This document shows, piece after piece, positions 45,034 to 59,200 of a stretch of DNA of 64,000 nt. Source of the DNA: Lobosporangium transversale (Eukaryota). Below the pieces are notes generated by a model, which saw only the letters and a list, made by a program, of their open reading frames with translations, ran no database searches and was not told the DNA's origin. Every line of letters starts with the position of its first letter. The stretch's first letter is position 1. A program made the position numbers and the translations under genes. The stretch is taken from contig NW_019028992.1 in assembly GCF_002105155.1 (NCBI RefSeq), positions 1 through 64,000 of the forward strand, given 5' to 3'.

Positions 45034-48000
45034 ATGTCTCCTCATATTAAACCACAAGAAACCATGTTAGCCACCACTCCTGCCTCCGATGCAACCCTTG
45101 CTGAATCAAAGGCTCTGTCGTCAGGAAAAATCTTTCCCACCGAGAATGTCGGTATCATGGATAAGGGTCAAGATGAGCTACCCTCATTACCCATTCCGCC
45201 TTTAGATCAGACTTTAAACAGATACATGGAATCGATTAGGCCCTTGACTACGGACGAAGAATATGATCGTATGGCTAAAGCTGTCAAAGAATTCCGCGAG
45301 TCCGACCAGGGCCCAAGCTTAGATCAACGTCTTCGCGAGCGTGCACTGGAATGTGAGAAGCGTGGGACGAGCTGGCTGGCGCAATGGTGGGATGACTGGG
45401 CCTATTTTTCCCATCGTGACTCGTCCACGTTTTTTGTGAATTATTACTTTGGTTTCCAGGACGATCCACGCATGCCAACGCAGACTGCTCGTGCAGCCTT
45501 GTTAGTGAGTTTGGCCCTCGAATTCAGACAATTGATTGCGACGTAAGTTCTCAGTCCGGTCACATTCATTTTTTTATTTCGTTATCTCTCTCCGATCTCC
45601 ACAATGTTTGACTCTGTGATTGTGTACAAGATGTAAAACAGAAAACAAGGTTTTGGCAAATGCAGTGCGATGTGAGATAAAAAAAAATATAATAGTTGTG
45701 ATGAATTGGGCTCTTGGTCTCCTCCACTTTAATATTTATCATTGACTGAAGGAAAAAAAAACAAAAAAACAAAAAAAAAAACTCAGATCCCCGGAGGGTG
45801 CGGGGAGGAGGGGAGCCAGAGACTTTATATTAAGCGCAGGACATGGCCGGATATAGGTTGATTCATACAATTTATAGTAATCTTTACTTTGCTATGACAA
45901 CTTTTTAATGCAATGATGCCATTGACAAGTACTATAAAAGCCGTTCTGAAAAAACCTTTAATCCTATCACGTTTGAATACTTTCCATATTGGGATAACCG
46001 GGAATAAGGAGGCCTTTTTCTTTTCTTTTCTTTTCTTTTCTTTTATAAAAATAAGAAAGATATACTAACATTCGCTCTATTCGTCATCTTTTATTTTTTC
46101 CTTCTCATGTAGACGAACATTGACTCCAGATATGGCCAGAAATGCGCCCTTCTGCATGAACATGTATCAATATCTGTTTAATTATTCCCGCATTGCTGGC
46201 TCCCCTGCCGATACTGCCGTAGGCTTTCCATTCGAAAATAATAACCATATCTGCGTGGTACGCAATGGCAAGTTTTACATTTTTGAAACCCTACATATCC
46301 CATCCAAGCCCTCGTCTGTTCTGAGCCCACGCGAGATCATGATCCAATTGGAACGAATCAAAAAAATGGCGGATGATGACAAGTCTTCGGTTCCTGCTAT
46401 CGGAATTTTATCCACCGGACAACGTGATCAAGTTGCCAAGGACCGGGTGACGCTCTTTGAAGCTCACACATCCAATAAGGCTCACATGGCCAAGATTGAG
46501 ACATCCATGTTTGTTCTCTGCCTCGACTCTAGTTCTCCATCCAGCTCGGAGGAATTCTCCCGTGCCTGTTGGCATGGAGATGGCGCCAGTCGCTGGTTCG
46601 ACAAGTGCTTCCAATTGATCGTCTTTGCCAACGGTCGTGCTGGTATGAACGGAGAGCATTCCAAGATGGATGCGACGCCTACCTCTCGTCTTTGCCGCTA
46701 TTTGATCGACGAGGCTCAAGCTCGTGCACTGCCTGATTTCCGAAACCTGAATGCAGAGGATCTGTATGAGTGCGCCTCCATTCTTGACAAACCTAAACCC
46801 CTCAACTTTGTTAACAGTCCTGCTTTAGAAAAGGCCATCTCCAATGCTTTCGCTTACTTTCACGCCACAGTGAACGCTCATGAGATGATCCCCACAGAGT
46901 TTAAGGGGTATGGTAAGGGTCTGATCAAGTCATTCAAAATGTCGCCCGATGCTTATGTTCAAATGGCATTGCAGCTTGCCTACTACCGCAAACATGGGGA
47001 ATATGTCGCAACGTACGAATCTGCAGCTACTCGTAAATACCGTCATGGCCGTACAGAAACTGTCCGATCTTGCTCGAATGAAAGCAAAGCTTTTTGTGAG
47101 GCCATGGACAATCCGGACGCTAGCCTCAAAGTACGTGCCACTGCTTGTCGCGCCGCCGTTGCTAGGCATGCTCAGTATACTGCATGGGCAGTAGATGGAC
47201 AAGCAGTCGATCGCCATTTATTGGGATTGCGACTGATCCGCAAACCTGATGAAGAAATGCCCGCTCTCTTTGCAGACCCCGTCTTTGCGCGCACATGTCG
47301 CTGGCGACTTTCCACGTCGCAAATCTCGGATGACTGCTTCATCGCATATGGATGGGGTGAGGTTGTGCCCGATGGATATGGATGTGCCTACATGGTCAAG
47401 GAAGCAGAACTATATTTTTGCATTACAAGCTTGAAGTTGGGATCCAAGGACTTTGGCCAGCACATTGTGGATGCACTAGAGGACATGCGCTTCACATTTG
47501 AGGAAGTACGCAAGATCGAAAAGGCAGAGGCTGCACAGGCTGCTATAGTGGCTGCTGCTGCGGAAGCACTTTCCCTTGCGGAGCGAACAAGCGAGTTGGC
47601 CATGGCAAGCAATGGCATGAATGCATCTTCCCCCACCGGTACACGCTTCCGTGATGATCGCATAGCAAGAAGCCCATCCCCCGCACGGCCCTCAGTCCCG
47701 GCGCCGAGAACAAGCCTGTTCTTCCAGAAACATGACCCTGTTCTTCGGACAGCATTAGCAAGAAATGCGATGGCCATGGCTCAAGAAAAATACTGGTCAG
47801 GTATCGATGAAATCGCATTCGATTCTCTTGCAGGATCACCACAACTCCAAAACAAGACTCTTCCACCATCATCCGACCAATCAACATCGGATCAATCAAA
47901 GACAGACGCCCCCGGCCGTCCCCGTAGTGACTCTGGATCTCAGGTCAGGACATTCATGGCCATTCTTATGGGAGAGGATGGTATTCTCAGCCGCCTGCGC

Positions 48001-48054
48001 TCTCGAGCTGCCTCGAGGTTGGCCAACAAGGCTTCCCCTCCCTCCAATCCTTAA
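45034..48054 (+). CDS. Carnitine O-acyl(acetyl)transferase (intron 45543-46112) with a low-complexity C-terminal extension
   Basis: LPSLPIPPL, RWFDK, GEHSKMDA, SPDAYVQMALQLA, YESA..R.Y.HGRTE, DRHL and LSTS motifs. Confidence 0.95.
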
Positions 48055-48396
48055 AAGATATCCGAATACCGTATGATTTAGTGCTATAGAAATCAATTAG
48101 AAGAAATATTGCACAACACAAACATTTATATTTTAGGTTGTCAACATGCTCGTTTTATTAAAATAATAAATGGTATGAATATATGGATATTATGAAGTTA
48201 AAACAAGCAAGATGAAAGTAAGAAAAAAATACAGTTGGAGGAGAGGTGAGGTGAGGAGAGAGGACTAAATTCTTAATTGTTGTAAGGGGAGGAAAAAAAG
48301 GATGAATGAGTGCCTTTAACTGATTTTTTTTAAAATCACAATGCTTGCTTCCCAACCATTGTTAGAGGGAGAGCATGGGAGAGTGTTATAATCGGT

Positions 48397-48824
48397 TTAT
48401 TCGAAAGCCGACAAGCAGTTAACATTTTGATTCGCACGAGAATCGAAAAAGGCGTTCACGGAATGGAATACGATGGGATCGAGCATTTGAGCGACATGTT
48501 CTGAAAAGTCGACGGAACAAAGATCCTGAAGAACAACGTTTTGGACCAGAGGATTCTTGTCTCTGAGGATACCGTTGGTATAGGGGGTCACCACCTGATC
48601 ATACTTGGAAACAATGAACTTGTATTGCACACCCGGCACTGTGTCACCACCCTCATTGAGGTCCTTGAGGAACTGTGAGCCTTGGAGGAACTGGAAACAG
48701 GATTTGCAGACAGGGTCGATGACAGCCTTGATTGGATCATACAGACCAAGCGATGTCAAGAAGGGGGCAATGCCAAGGAGTGTTGTTCCATAAGCGATTG
48801 TACCGAAGGCGGCATACTTTTCTA

Positions 48825-48862
<38 letters not shown>

Positions 48863-49291
48863 GTCAGATGTCATTGTAGAGAAACTGGATAGCAAACTGA
48901 GGATAAACACTTACCAACTTTTGGACCGAGTCCGAGATGCTTCAGCGCATATCTAGGAGCCAAACTGCCCTGGCTATGACCCAAAAGGTTCACCTTGGAG
49001 GAATTGGTCGCAGCAATAACCTTGTCCACAAAAGCATTGATTTGCACCGCACTGTTCTCAATCTTGTCAAGGCCAGCAAGGATGGGGATACCCGGTAATT
49101 CTCCATAGGTCACGCTGAACACACAGTAACCACTGGCAACAAATCGAGGGGCCATGTACAACCAATTGTCCCATCCATTTCCGATCTATAGAACAATAAA
49201 TAAAAGAAAAAAAAAATCATAGAAATTAGGGGACGTGCTCTGTATACATTTGAATAAATTGGGCTACTGGCTTTTTCCATGGTTCCTGGAA

Positions 49292-49333
<42 letters not shown>

Positions 49334-49595
49334 GAAAACATACCAAACCATGGACCAAGACAATGGGACGTGGGTGCGCAGCTGAAGGCTTGCAAGACCA
49401 ATCATTAAACCCGGCAGAGGAACGCTTCAAGATTTTCTCATGATGATCAATCTCTGCGGCTGTATAGACGCGCTTGCTGACAGGTATGTAAGGTTCGACG
49501 GCCTCAGGAACCGGAATGGGCGAGGCTTCGACCAGAGAGGGTATAATCGAGGCCAAAGCGATGGCAGCTACAGTTAAAGCGTTGAAAAACATCAT
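48397..49595 (-). CDS. Secreted alpha/beta-hydrolase lipase (Lipase_2/EstA-like), 3 exons
   Basis: Signal peptide, NDWSCKPSAAHPRPIVLVHG, GHSQG nucleophile, YDQVVTPY and SEH motifs. Confidence 0.9.
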
Positions 49596-50666
49596 TGCAA
49601 TGTACTTGCGCGTGGCTTTTTTTTTTTTCTTCGGCAAGGATGGAGGCAAGGGTGAAAAACCTTGGAGGAATAAGGCGGGGGATGTGGAAGGAAGGTACAG
49701 CGACAAGGAGAAAAAAAAAAAAAAAAGACAAAAGTCAGGGCGGAAAGCCAACTTTATATAGGCGAATTGGGTTTTTCAGTTTTCTCGCTGAACAAAAAGA
49801 AAATAGAATGATTTTGAATAGCATCAGATACTCAATTTCTTTGACCGAATGCTCCCAAAGTCCTGGGTTGGTTTGCACATGAAGGACGTACCTGATACTG
49901 TACCTTGTTTATGTGTGTTCATGAATATTAGAACTGCACCTGACGTTGTGGTGCAAACAATTCAAGCAATAGAAGGCCATGGCGCGTTGTCTCGTTTTTT
50001 TTTTTATTTTTTTTTATTTTCGGGTATATTTCATCCATGTACTTAAAAAAAAATGCATTTGTTGCGATGCCAGGTCTACATTTTTGGATCGGTGAATTGC
50101 TCGTAATAATGTATATGTATAAGATGCTTCAAAGAAATCCTTTCTAATGATGAATGAGCATCTGTTTAGAAAAATAAAGTGTATAAAAACGAGCCGAAAT
50201 TGAGCATGGGATGTTCGGAACTAGGGTTGTTACACTGCATATCAATTATATACGTAGAAACAAATAGGCATGTATGCATCCATGAGCCGGATCGCTCAAA
50301 TATTTCTACAAGTTTAATATTCAAACTCGTCTGATTGATCTAATTGATAAAAGTTTAGACAGAGAAGACCTTAATGTAACAGCAAAGAGACAATGATGGA
50401 GTGTATATTTGAAGCAAATGGATACGACAAACAAACGCTCGAATTTTCCTGCACATGAAAGCGGGCCGTCAGTTGCTGTCCATGCACGTAAATCAAACAA
50501 AAAAAAAAAAAAAAAAAAAAAAAAACTAATTCGTGAGTCCATCTCCATGTCGGCGTCGGGTCTAAGGAGGAAGAAGGAGGTGGAGGGGATGTGATATTCT
50601 TTGTTGACGGTGTGGATTGTCATAAATTGACATATGCTGTTATCAATGTGGAGCAAAATATTGAAA

Positions 50667-50682
50667 AAACAACAGCAACAGC

Positions 50683-50720
<38 letters not shown>
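50667..50720. repeat. (CAA)n microsatellite
   Basis: Read directly. Confidence 0.9.
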
Positions 50721-51857
50721 AAGCATGGGGACGAGAAGTGCCTTTATTTGTTGCATGAGCACACCCTGAAATTGGAGAATGAGGACCTGCATTTGTTTTG
50801 TTTTGTTTTGTTTTGTTTACTCTTGCAATTAGATAACATGTCTGTGGGAAGACATCATCGGACCAAGGGGGATGTTGTACAAGGTATGGAGAGAGAAAGT
50901 AAAAGAGGTACAAGCCGAACGTTTATTAGCCAAACCCACATCAATATTTACTTGGCACCCAAGGAGTAATGAATTAAACAAACGTTGGCTGGTTGCCCTT
51001 TTGCCGACAACACACACATTTTGGTTTCCCATTGGGGCTCTTCCAAACTGCGACCGTAGACATTGGCCAGCCAACACAAAACATTTGCTTTGAATGTCAC
51101 ATCTGTGAACAATAAAAAAAAAATAAAAAATAAAAAATAAAAAATAAAAATAAAAAAACTGTGCAATGTGGAGCGGCGGAGAGGAAGAAATTGTCCAGTC
51201 CAGGGTCTGCGCTATTCATGGTTTCAGTGGGATACCAAGATCTTCTCCGCCTGTTGAACTGGCTAGCTTAGCCTTTTGGATTAAATCGCTATAGCTTTGC
51301 CAGGATGAAATAAAAATAAACTTTTTTCTTTGCGTCTTTCTTTCTTTCTGGGAACATACTTGTCCCTGAGGAATGTTACTAAATAATAACTCTATAGACT
51401 CACACGTTTTTTTTTTTTTTTTTTTTTTTAAAAAAAAAATAAATAAATCTGGACTCTAAAGGTTAGTCCTGTTAAAGCTTTGACCTCTTCAAAGTCAGTC
51501 AAATTGAGGCGAGCCAATGGGATAGTAAAAAGGCATTGTTGCAACGTTTTGCCTTTGATTTTTGATTTCGGATCCAATCGGCTCGCTTTGACGCGTTGTT
51601 TACGTCCATGTGCTTTTCTTTCTTTTACTCTCCTACATCCAAGCAAAGCATTTCTCATTCCGCATCTATCCATGAATATTTATAAATGTACGTGTACATT
51701 AGTGTTAATGTATACCTGTATTAATATAAACATGGTGGACCACTGCCCTAAAGACACCAAAAGGAGTTGAAGCGTACTGCATTCCGCATGTCTAAGCTAT
51801 TACTAATTTTATTAACAGACATTGGACCGTTATAATAGATAATGCATCCATCACCGG

Positions 51858-51890
<33 letters not shown>

Positions 51891-52402
51891 AGCATACACA
51901 TTGTTACACATTGTTTAAAGCAGTGATGATAAAATGATAAATGGAACGTATCCTGAATCGAGCTCTTGTATGCACTGATCCGATGCGATGCTAGGCAAGA
52001 AGAGTAAACTAGTTGTTCTTGTTCAAAGATCGTTTTGTGGTTGCAATGGTCATCAATAATCATTATCATTTGTTCTGAAGACGAATGTTCTAATCATCTT
52101 AGCATGCTCCCCACGCTCCCACACATTATTCTCGTCTTATCGGATGTGTTGCATAAACTGGGCTTTGTCGAATCCGGTTCACATTGAACCACTACAATAA
52201 CAAAGTCTTTTCTTATCGCGACATGTACTGTACATGTATGAATATTGTTATTTTATTTTATTTTATTTTATTTTTTTGCTTATACACTGTAAAATATTTC
52301 TGTATAATCATCCTCAAAACAACCACTTTTTTTTTTTTTTTTTTTTTTTTTGAATGAGCAACTCCTACGCTCCTGTTGAGACCAGATACCTTCATTGTTT
52401 GG

Positions 52403-54812
52403 TTATCGAAGATCTTGAATTTGCTTCAGTAAGAATGCCTTCTCATCATTGAATTGTTCGTCATCACTGCGGTCATTATGAAACGAGCTCAAAAATGCAA
52501 TGAGTCTGTCTTGGTTTTTAGATAAAATATCCAGCACTGGTTTGTTCTTGTTGGGATTTGCAACAAAGACTTTGAACACATGAAAGGCTTCGAATTGAAT
52601 ATTACGACTTCTGTCTTTGAGCAAGTTCATCATTAGCTTCAGGTTGTCCGCACTGGCAATATATCGTGTCATGATTGTGAAGTTGGCTCTGTCCAGCAAG
52701 ATCTCTCCCAACAACTGTTTGATACAAAAGAAAAATAAAAAATAAGGTTAAGGCTTAAACACAAGACGCAAGTGTAAGCATAATGGATGATAGCGGACAA
52801 GATAAGGATCTGTGGTTTTTATTAGGTACCTTTAATGACTGACGCTTCGTCACATAATTTGTCGATTGTAGAAGCAAAGTGTACTTTTCAAAAAACACAT
52901 CGTAATTGCGTTCCAGAAACTCGGCTACAGGAGCTTTATGTCGCGTCAAGATTTCCTATTTGAAGATTTTATAAAAAATATAAACGAAAAAAGTAATCTT
53001 AGTTTTATAGACTCTGATTTTATATATATATATATTTTTGGGTAGGACGACGGTTATATACCTTAAAAGTTGCAAATGCATCACTTGCAATATCAAAGGT
53101 GTTCATTTCCACATAGTCAAAAAACTTGTAGACCTGCTGAGAGTTGAGGATGATCTTTGTTAGGACCTCATGCCTCAGACATTCTCGCAGTATCATGCCG
53201 CAGTTCAAAGCGATCTCCTGATTTTCATAACTGATCATGATGTTTCCCAAGAAGGAGAAGAAAAAAAAAAAAAAAAAAAAAAAAGGAAGTTAATTGAGTA
53301 TCATGAGTGTACATCCATGCCAGTTTAAAATCTGGGCGTTGCAGTGCCCCAAGTTAGGGGTAAAGGACACTTGTTGTTTTTGTTGTGATCACTGGAGGTA
53401 AAAAAAAAAAAAAAAAAGGGGAAATGATTTTAATGACGCTTGTCAAAAAGATGCGGCTTTTTTTTTTTTTGTCATTGACACTGACTGCCCCTGTATTTGT
53501 TCATGTCCAAAAAAAACGCGTTTGTCCTGTCTTTCCTCACTGCATGCAATTTATTGCAATAATGCATTTGTCAATAATGAGGGGAGGCAAAGACTCAATC
53601 TCTCAGTTCGTATTCACGGACAAAATAAGAAATAAAAAGATCCAAAAGAATTATGCGATACTCTCGAATCAATAAAGACATGTCGTTGGACAAGTGTTGA
53701 AGATAATAATAATAATAAAGTCGGTAAAATAGAATATCGATACTCTTCTTTCATGTAATGTAGCTGCTGATCTGTCAACAACCTCATTGATTGACCCAAC
53801 AGTGTCATCAGAAGTAATAAGCTTTTTCTTTTTTTTTTCTTTTTTTTTTTTTGGGCACCTGAATCGAGATTGGACCACGCAGTTGTCACTCCACCTGTTC
53901 CATCCAAGCCTACCCTAGTCAACCCAGCCATTTGTATGTGTATGTGTATGTGTATATCGACTTCTTCTAGTTTGATCAGATGAAAAGATTACCTACCCAT
54001 GAATCAATGTAAAAAGGATATAGTCGCGTGTGCAAAGGTATTCAACCGTGGGTGATCTTGAGCCGATATGGCGACGGAGCAAATTGTTGAAGATCTGGGC
54101 AACATCTTTTTTGGCTTCAAACTCAAACTTGGCAATGTTATCGACCAAGAGCTGAAGAAGATTGTTCGAGTACACTTCCTGGGCTAATTGAGCTACAATC
54201 TCTGGTACTGGATCATTTTCTGTTTGTCATAGAAAGGTAACAAAAAAAAAAAAAAAAAGAGTCAATCCAATTTGTCAAAAGCAAAAGCACAAGATTGAGT
54301 CCTAAAGTAACAATACTTGTAATAAAAACTAATAAGGAGAGAAAGAGAAAGAGACTTACCACTGTCTCCATATAACATAGTCTTGATGGCTACCAGGATT
54401 TTAGAGATTTCTTCTGTGGCCTATGCAAGAACAGATTAAGATGGAGATACACAGTATTGGGTCAGCAGTGTTTTTTTTTTTTCTGAAAAAAAAAAAAAAA
54501 AAAAAGGTATCCTGGTTCCTTTTTTTACGAATTCCTGACTTGAAATTGGTAACTAATCCAGTGGCAGAGAAAACCAAGTCCTTGCGAGTTTATTAAATTT
54601 TGCCAGTGCCGTTCACTGTTCATTACTGCTTGTTGAATTGCCATGGCTGAATTGTTTTTACGGTTGAATGATTCTCTGAATTCGATTTTTTTTTTTTTTT
54701 TGTTCTCTTGTCCTACCCTTCTCTTATCAGGACCATCAAGCTTTTGAATGTATTCTTTGAGATTACGAGCCAGTTCATGAGGAGTCTTTGGTTTTGGCTT
54801 GAAGAAGTTCAT
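52403..54812 (-). CDS. HYM1: Mo25/Hym1/CAB39 family protein, multi-exon
   Basis: [55 protein letters not shown] and [16 protein letters not shown] motifs. Confidence 0.95.
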
Positions 54813-56097
54813 GGCTGTGAAGGTGGAAATACTATAAAAGAAAGCAGAAAAGAAAAAAGAAAGGAAAAAGTGTGCTGGCGTGAAGAGCAAGTACAAATGA
54901 TGAATGATATTGGTTGAGAGAGAGACAAAGAAAATATTTTTAAAAAATAAAAGGTAAGAAAGAAGCAAAAAGAAAAGAAAAGAGAAAAAGAGAGAGATAA
55001 AAGGATAGCTGTGGAGTTGTAAGGTAAAAAAAAAAAAAAAAAAAAAAATCCAGGAACATAGAAAGTTGAGGTGTCTTCTTTTTCTTTTTTTTCTTTCTTT
55101 CTTCTTCTTTTCGTCATCATATACCATCATATACAAATACCTTTATCTTCTTTTGACACATTGACACATTACACACCCCTCTTTTTATTCCAGAACCCTT
55201 GTCCTTATTCTTTTCTTTCTTTCGTTCTTTCACTCTTTTTTTTTTTATTTTTTATTTTTTTTTTTTTAAAAAAAAAACTCTCTCTCGTGGTACAGAACTC
55301 TGGTAGTGACGGTAGTTGTGATTGCAATGCTTTATTACCGTCGTTGCAAGGAAAGTTTTTTTTTGTGACACCATGGGAACTCTCCTCGTTACAACAGTCC
55401 AATTGCAATGTCACTGGCAAGTTTCATCCGTCAACATCAGATATGAATATTTCTATATACATATACCTATGCAATTGGTAAAGTAGAACTGTACGTCCTA
55501 ACTGGGAGAATCATCGCATTCATCTACACTTGTCCATGTCCCACATGCGTCATTTTCATTCTGTATCGCAAACTATTCCAATGACTTCAAGTAGCCTTCT
55601 CTTCCCGACAAAAAAAAAAATCCCTCAAGGCTTACCAACAGAGTCCACGTAAGCTCCTGCGAGGAGTCTATCTTTCTTACACACCAATCTGCCTCTAGGC
55701 ATCCACCCGAAAGGATCTCACCGACATTGACTTTGTTAAAATGATTTTCCTTTCTACTGATCTGTCCTCGAAATATAGAAGGGTACCAGATAAACAAGCG
55801 TAATGCATATATTTATATCATCGACAGACAACCAGCATTTTAAAGGCCACAAAAGCGTAATCTACATAAGCTACATACATGTATAATATTTTGGATTAGA
55901 CAAACATTCAGGCATTTCCGATTTCTGATTTCTGAGCATAATATTTAGGTATTTGGGTATTTGGACATTAGAGTATTAGATGGCATATTTTTGTGATCAT
56001 TTTCATCATTAAACAAAAATAAAAAAATAAAATAAAATAAAAACTTCTTATTATTCGTAGACTGTAAAAAAAAAAAATAAAAAAATAAAAAAAACCA

Positions 56098-56935
56098 TTA
56101 GACAGGTAGCCTCTGACCACTTATGCGATCCACAATCTATTTGTTCATTATATCAACCATCAGTTTTAGAAAGGAAAAAAAAAAAAAACATTAGTTATCA
56201 AACGTTGGCTAAAATTTATTAGAGGCAGAAAAGCGGGAGTAAAAAAAAAAAAAATACATCAAAGGAATGACTGCCTTTAAGGGTCCTGTGGGAGATGCTG
56301 TGTGTGTCAGCCACAAGCCAATGCAATTTCGACAAAGATATAAAGGAATATTGAAAGGTCATGATGAGAAATAAAGAGAGAAAAAAAAAAAAAAAAAAAA
56401 AAAGATCAACACCGTCATAGTTACACATACCTTCGAGATACCTGGCGCGCTCAGTACATTTCCAATCACAGGTAATTTCCTCAAAAAGCTGATAATTACC
56501 GGGAAAAAGTCGCTACAGTAAGTAATTGTAAAAAAGTGTTCAGTCAATCTTTTTTTGTGAGTCTGCATGTAGTGTAGCCCGAATCAAGGCTTGGAGCCTT
56601 TACAACTTCTTCTTACCCAAATAAATTAATAAATCCAAAAAACTCGACAATGACCCCAATGGTGGGCCATTTGATAAAGACTAAAAAGATCCCGCTGAAG
56701 AAACAGACAGTACCACGGATCTTTTGAGGCCGTGCAAAAAAATACATCGTCTTTTGTGTTCCAATGACCAGTGTCAATCCTGCCAAGAATAAGATCTATG
56801 TTTGTAATGGTAAAGGTAATGAACAACTCAGTCATAAATTGTATTTTTGAGCGCTGCCGAACAAAAGTAGTTCCATTGTCTTCTAGTTTCTCCAAGCACA
56901 GTCATATTTTCCTCCTATTTGTCTGGCCTGTAACG

Positions 56936-56980
<45 letters not shown>

Positions 56981-57359
56981 TCATGGAGGACTCTGTTGAC
57001 ATTGTTTAGTCGTTTCATTCCATCCATCCAGTAGCTCTTTGCATCTTCCTTGCATATTGATTTATGCTTACATTTCCAATGGCAAGTAATCCTCCATCAA
57101 AGAACATCATGACACCCATCAGCATAAAGAATAATCCAAATGCAGTCAAGCCTACGCCGATTTCTAAGTCAAGCCAAGTCAGGTCGAGTTGAAAATAAAA
57201 GTTTGAACGGTGTAAGAGCTAAATTAAATTAGTTTTTTTTTTTTTTTTTTTTTTTTTATTTCTTGGAAGGAGGGATCTATAATCAGCAAGTTGCATTGGC
57301 TTATTGTAGCCAATATGATCTGCCCAATGCTACTTACTCTGAGTATCTGAGAGCCACAT
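56098..57359 (-). CDS. GOT1: Got1 vesicle transport protein, 5 exons
   Basis: MWLSDTQ|KIGVGLTAFG..FFDGGLLAIGN|ILFLAG..FGFINLFG|DFFPVI..LPVIG|..LPV*. Confidence 0.92.
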
Positions 57360-57600
57360 GGTATATTAAAAGATAATGATGCAAAAAAAAAAAAAAAAAA
57401 AAAAGCAATGAATGTAATGTGAAAGTAGATGAAGCAAGTAGGAAAGAAATTAAGATGAATGACGTGGAATAATTCATATAATTATACGTGGCAGGCTTCA
57501 TAGAATGTTGTGGACGTAATTTAATAAAGTATTTTTTGACACAGAAAGGAGGTGCATAAAAAAAAATAAAAAAAACCCCTCTGATCTATTTGTCTACAAG

Positions 57601-58863
57601 CTACCATGCCTCGGATGACATTGATTGCAGAGTCCCTTCGTTCCCACTCTCTGGAGATGAATGTGAAGGCGGAGGTTGACCCTGATACTCGTACCGCTGC
57701 TGTTGGTGAGGATGTAGTTGAGAATGACCTCCTTGTGTCATTTGTGCTCGCATGTACTGCAGTTGAAGCTGTTGTTGTTGTTGCTGTTGACGGTATGGGT
57801 CCAACGCCTCGCTGGAGCCCTGGAGATACATTTTCATAGTCAAACTTTTCAGCATCCTCTCTACTTGTTTCATTTTTGGTGACACAGGACATTTGACACT
57901 TCAGATACACTTACCATGGTAAAGGATCCATTTTCAACAACTCCATATGGGTATCCATATCCTTCAAAGCCTGGATTCATACCACTACTACTGCCAGTAG
58001 GAGGGGCTGTAGGTCCAAGTGAAGGAAATGATTCTTGACTCCGCCGATGCTCTGCTGCTGCTGTTGCTGCCGCGGTAGCAGATGGCTTGTGTTCTTTTGC
58101 CATCTTGTATTCCTCGCGCGGGACAATGTCAATTAAGAAATCAAACATGTCGGTCTTGGTTATTGCGGCTGCAATGTCGCTACGCTGCAAGGTCCTCCGT
58201 TTATTCTCCTCTGCATGAATCCTGTAAAATAAATAAAGAAATAAATAGAAATAAATAAATAAACATTTGGAAAATCTTTCTTTTTTCCTGCACTACGTTT
58301 GTCATTGTGTGTTTCTGCTAACCATGCGCGAAGGGTCAACTCTGTAATAAAAATCTCACAACCCTTATCAAATATCATGGGTGCTTCTGCTGAAATCATC
58401 TTGGCCTAATAATAATAATAATAAAAATAAAATCAACATCCAACAGCATCAACATTATGTAGACAAATTTCTCATGTCTTGAATAAAAAAAAAAAGGTAA
58501 AGTTTTTTCTTTTTTCTTTTTTTTTTAAACCTTGACATCCTCGTCTGTCTTCATGACTTTTTTGATCCTTGCCAGGGGTAGGTGATGCAGCTTAAAATCA
58601 TGAGGAACATTTTCGACCTCGTTCATTTGGTTTATCCAGAACGACTGCAATAAATGCTGGTGTTGAGGCTGCATTGGCTGTTGATGTGCCAATGATGGGT
58701 CATGATGATGCTGTAGTGGAAGTGGTTGTGCGTGACCCATGGATGGGATTCCCATATGATATGGCTGCTGCATTTGTGCCTGTTGCTGCTGTTGATAATA
58801 CTGCTGTGCTGCTGCGGGATCAAACGAGGACGACCCACCAGAGGTCTGTCTTTGGTGCGACAT
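57601..58863 (-). CDS. HAP5: CCAAT-binding factor subunit Hap5/NF-YC, multi-exon
   Basis: [63 protein letters not shown]. Confidence 0.95.
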
Positions 58864-59200
58864 CGATTTTTAAAAAAGAGAAAAAAAAAAAAAAAAAGTA
58901 CAAGATCAATATTGTTTATCTAGCTAGTGAGTGCAGAAGAGTAAGGTTTAGAGAACCAGCATAAAAGTAAAATGGATCACAGAGAGAAAGCAAGAGCAAA
59001 AGCAAGCAGGAGAAAGGACAAGGAGATGAAATGAACGAAAGAAAAGAGGAGATTTCTTACTGAACGAACATTTGAATAATATATTTCAATAGTAAAAAAA
59101 AAAATTGGCGGGAAGCCAGAGAGAGGGGTGGGATTGTACCCGTGATTTGTCTCAAAAATCAATTTTTTTTTAAATATCTATTTGCATGATAATAACAAAT

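Noticed and set aside
53740..53815. Hammerhead-like CTGATGA...GAAA or snoRNA in the long HYM1 intron (minus strand)
   Set aside because: A hairpin is present, but the stem II closing pair and stems I/III are missing, and no convincing box arrangement was found.
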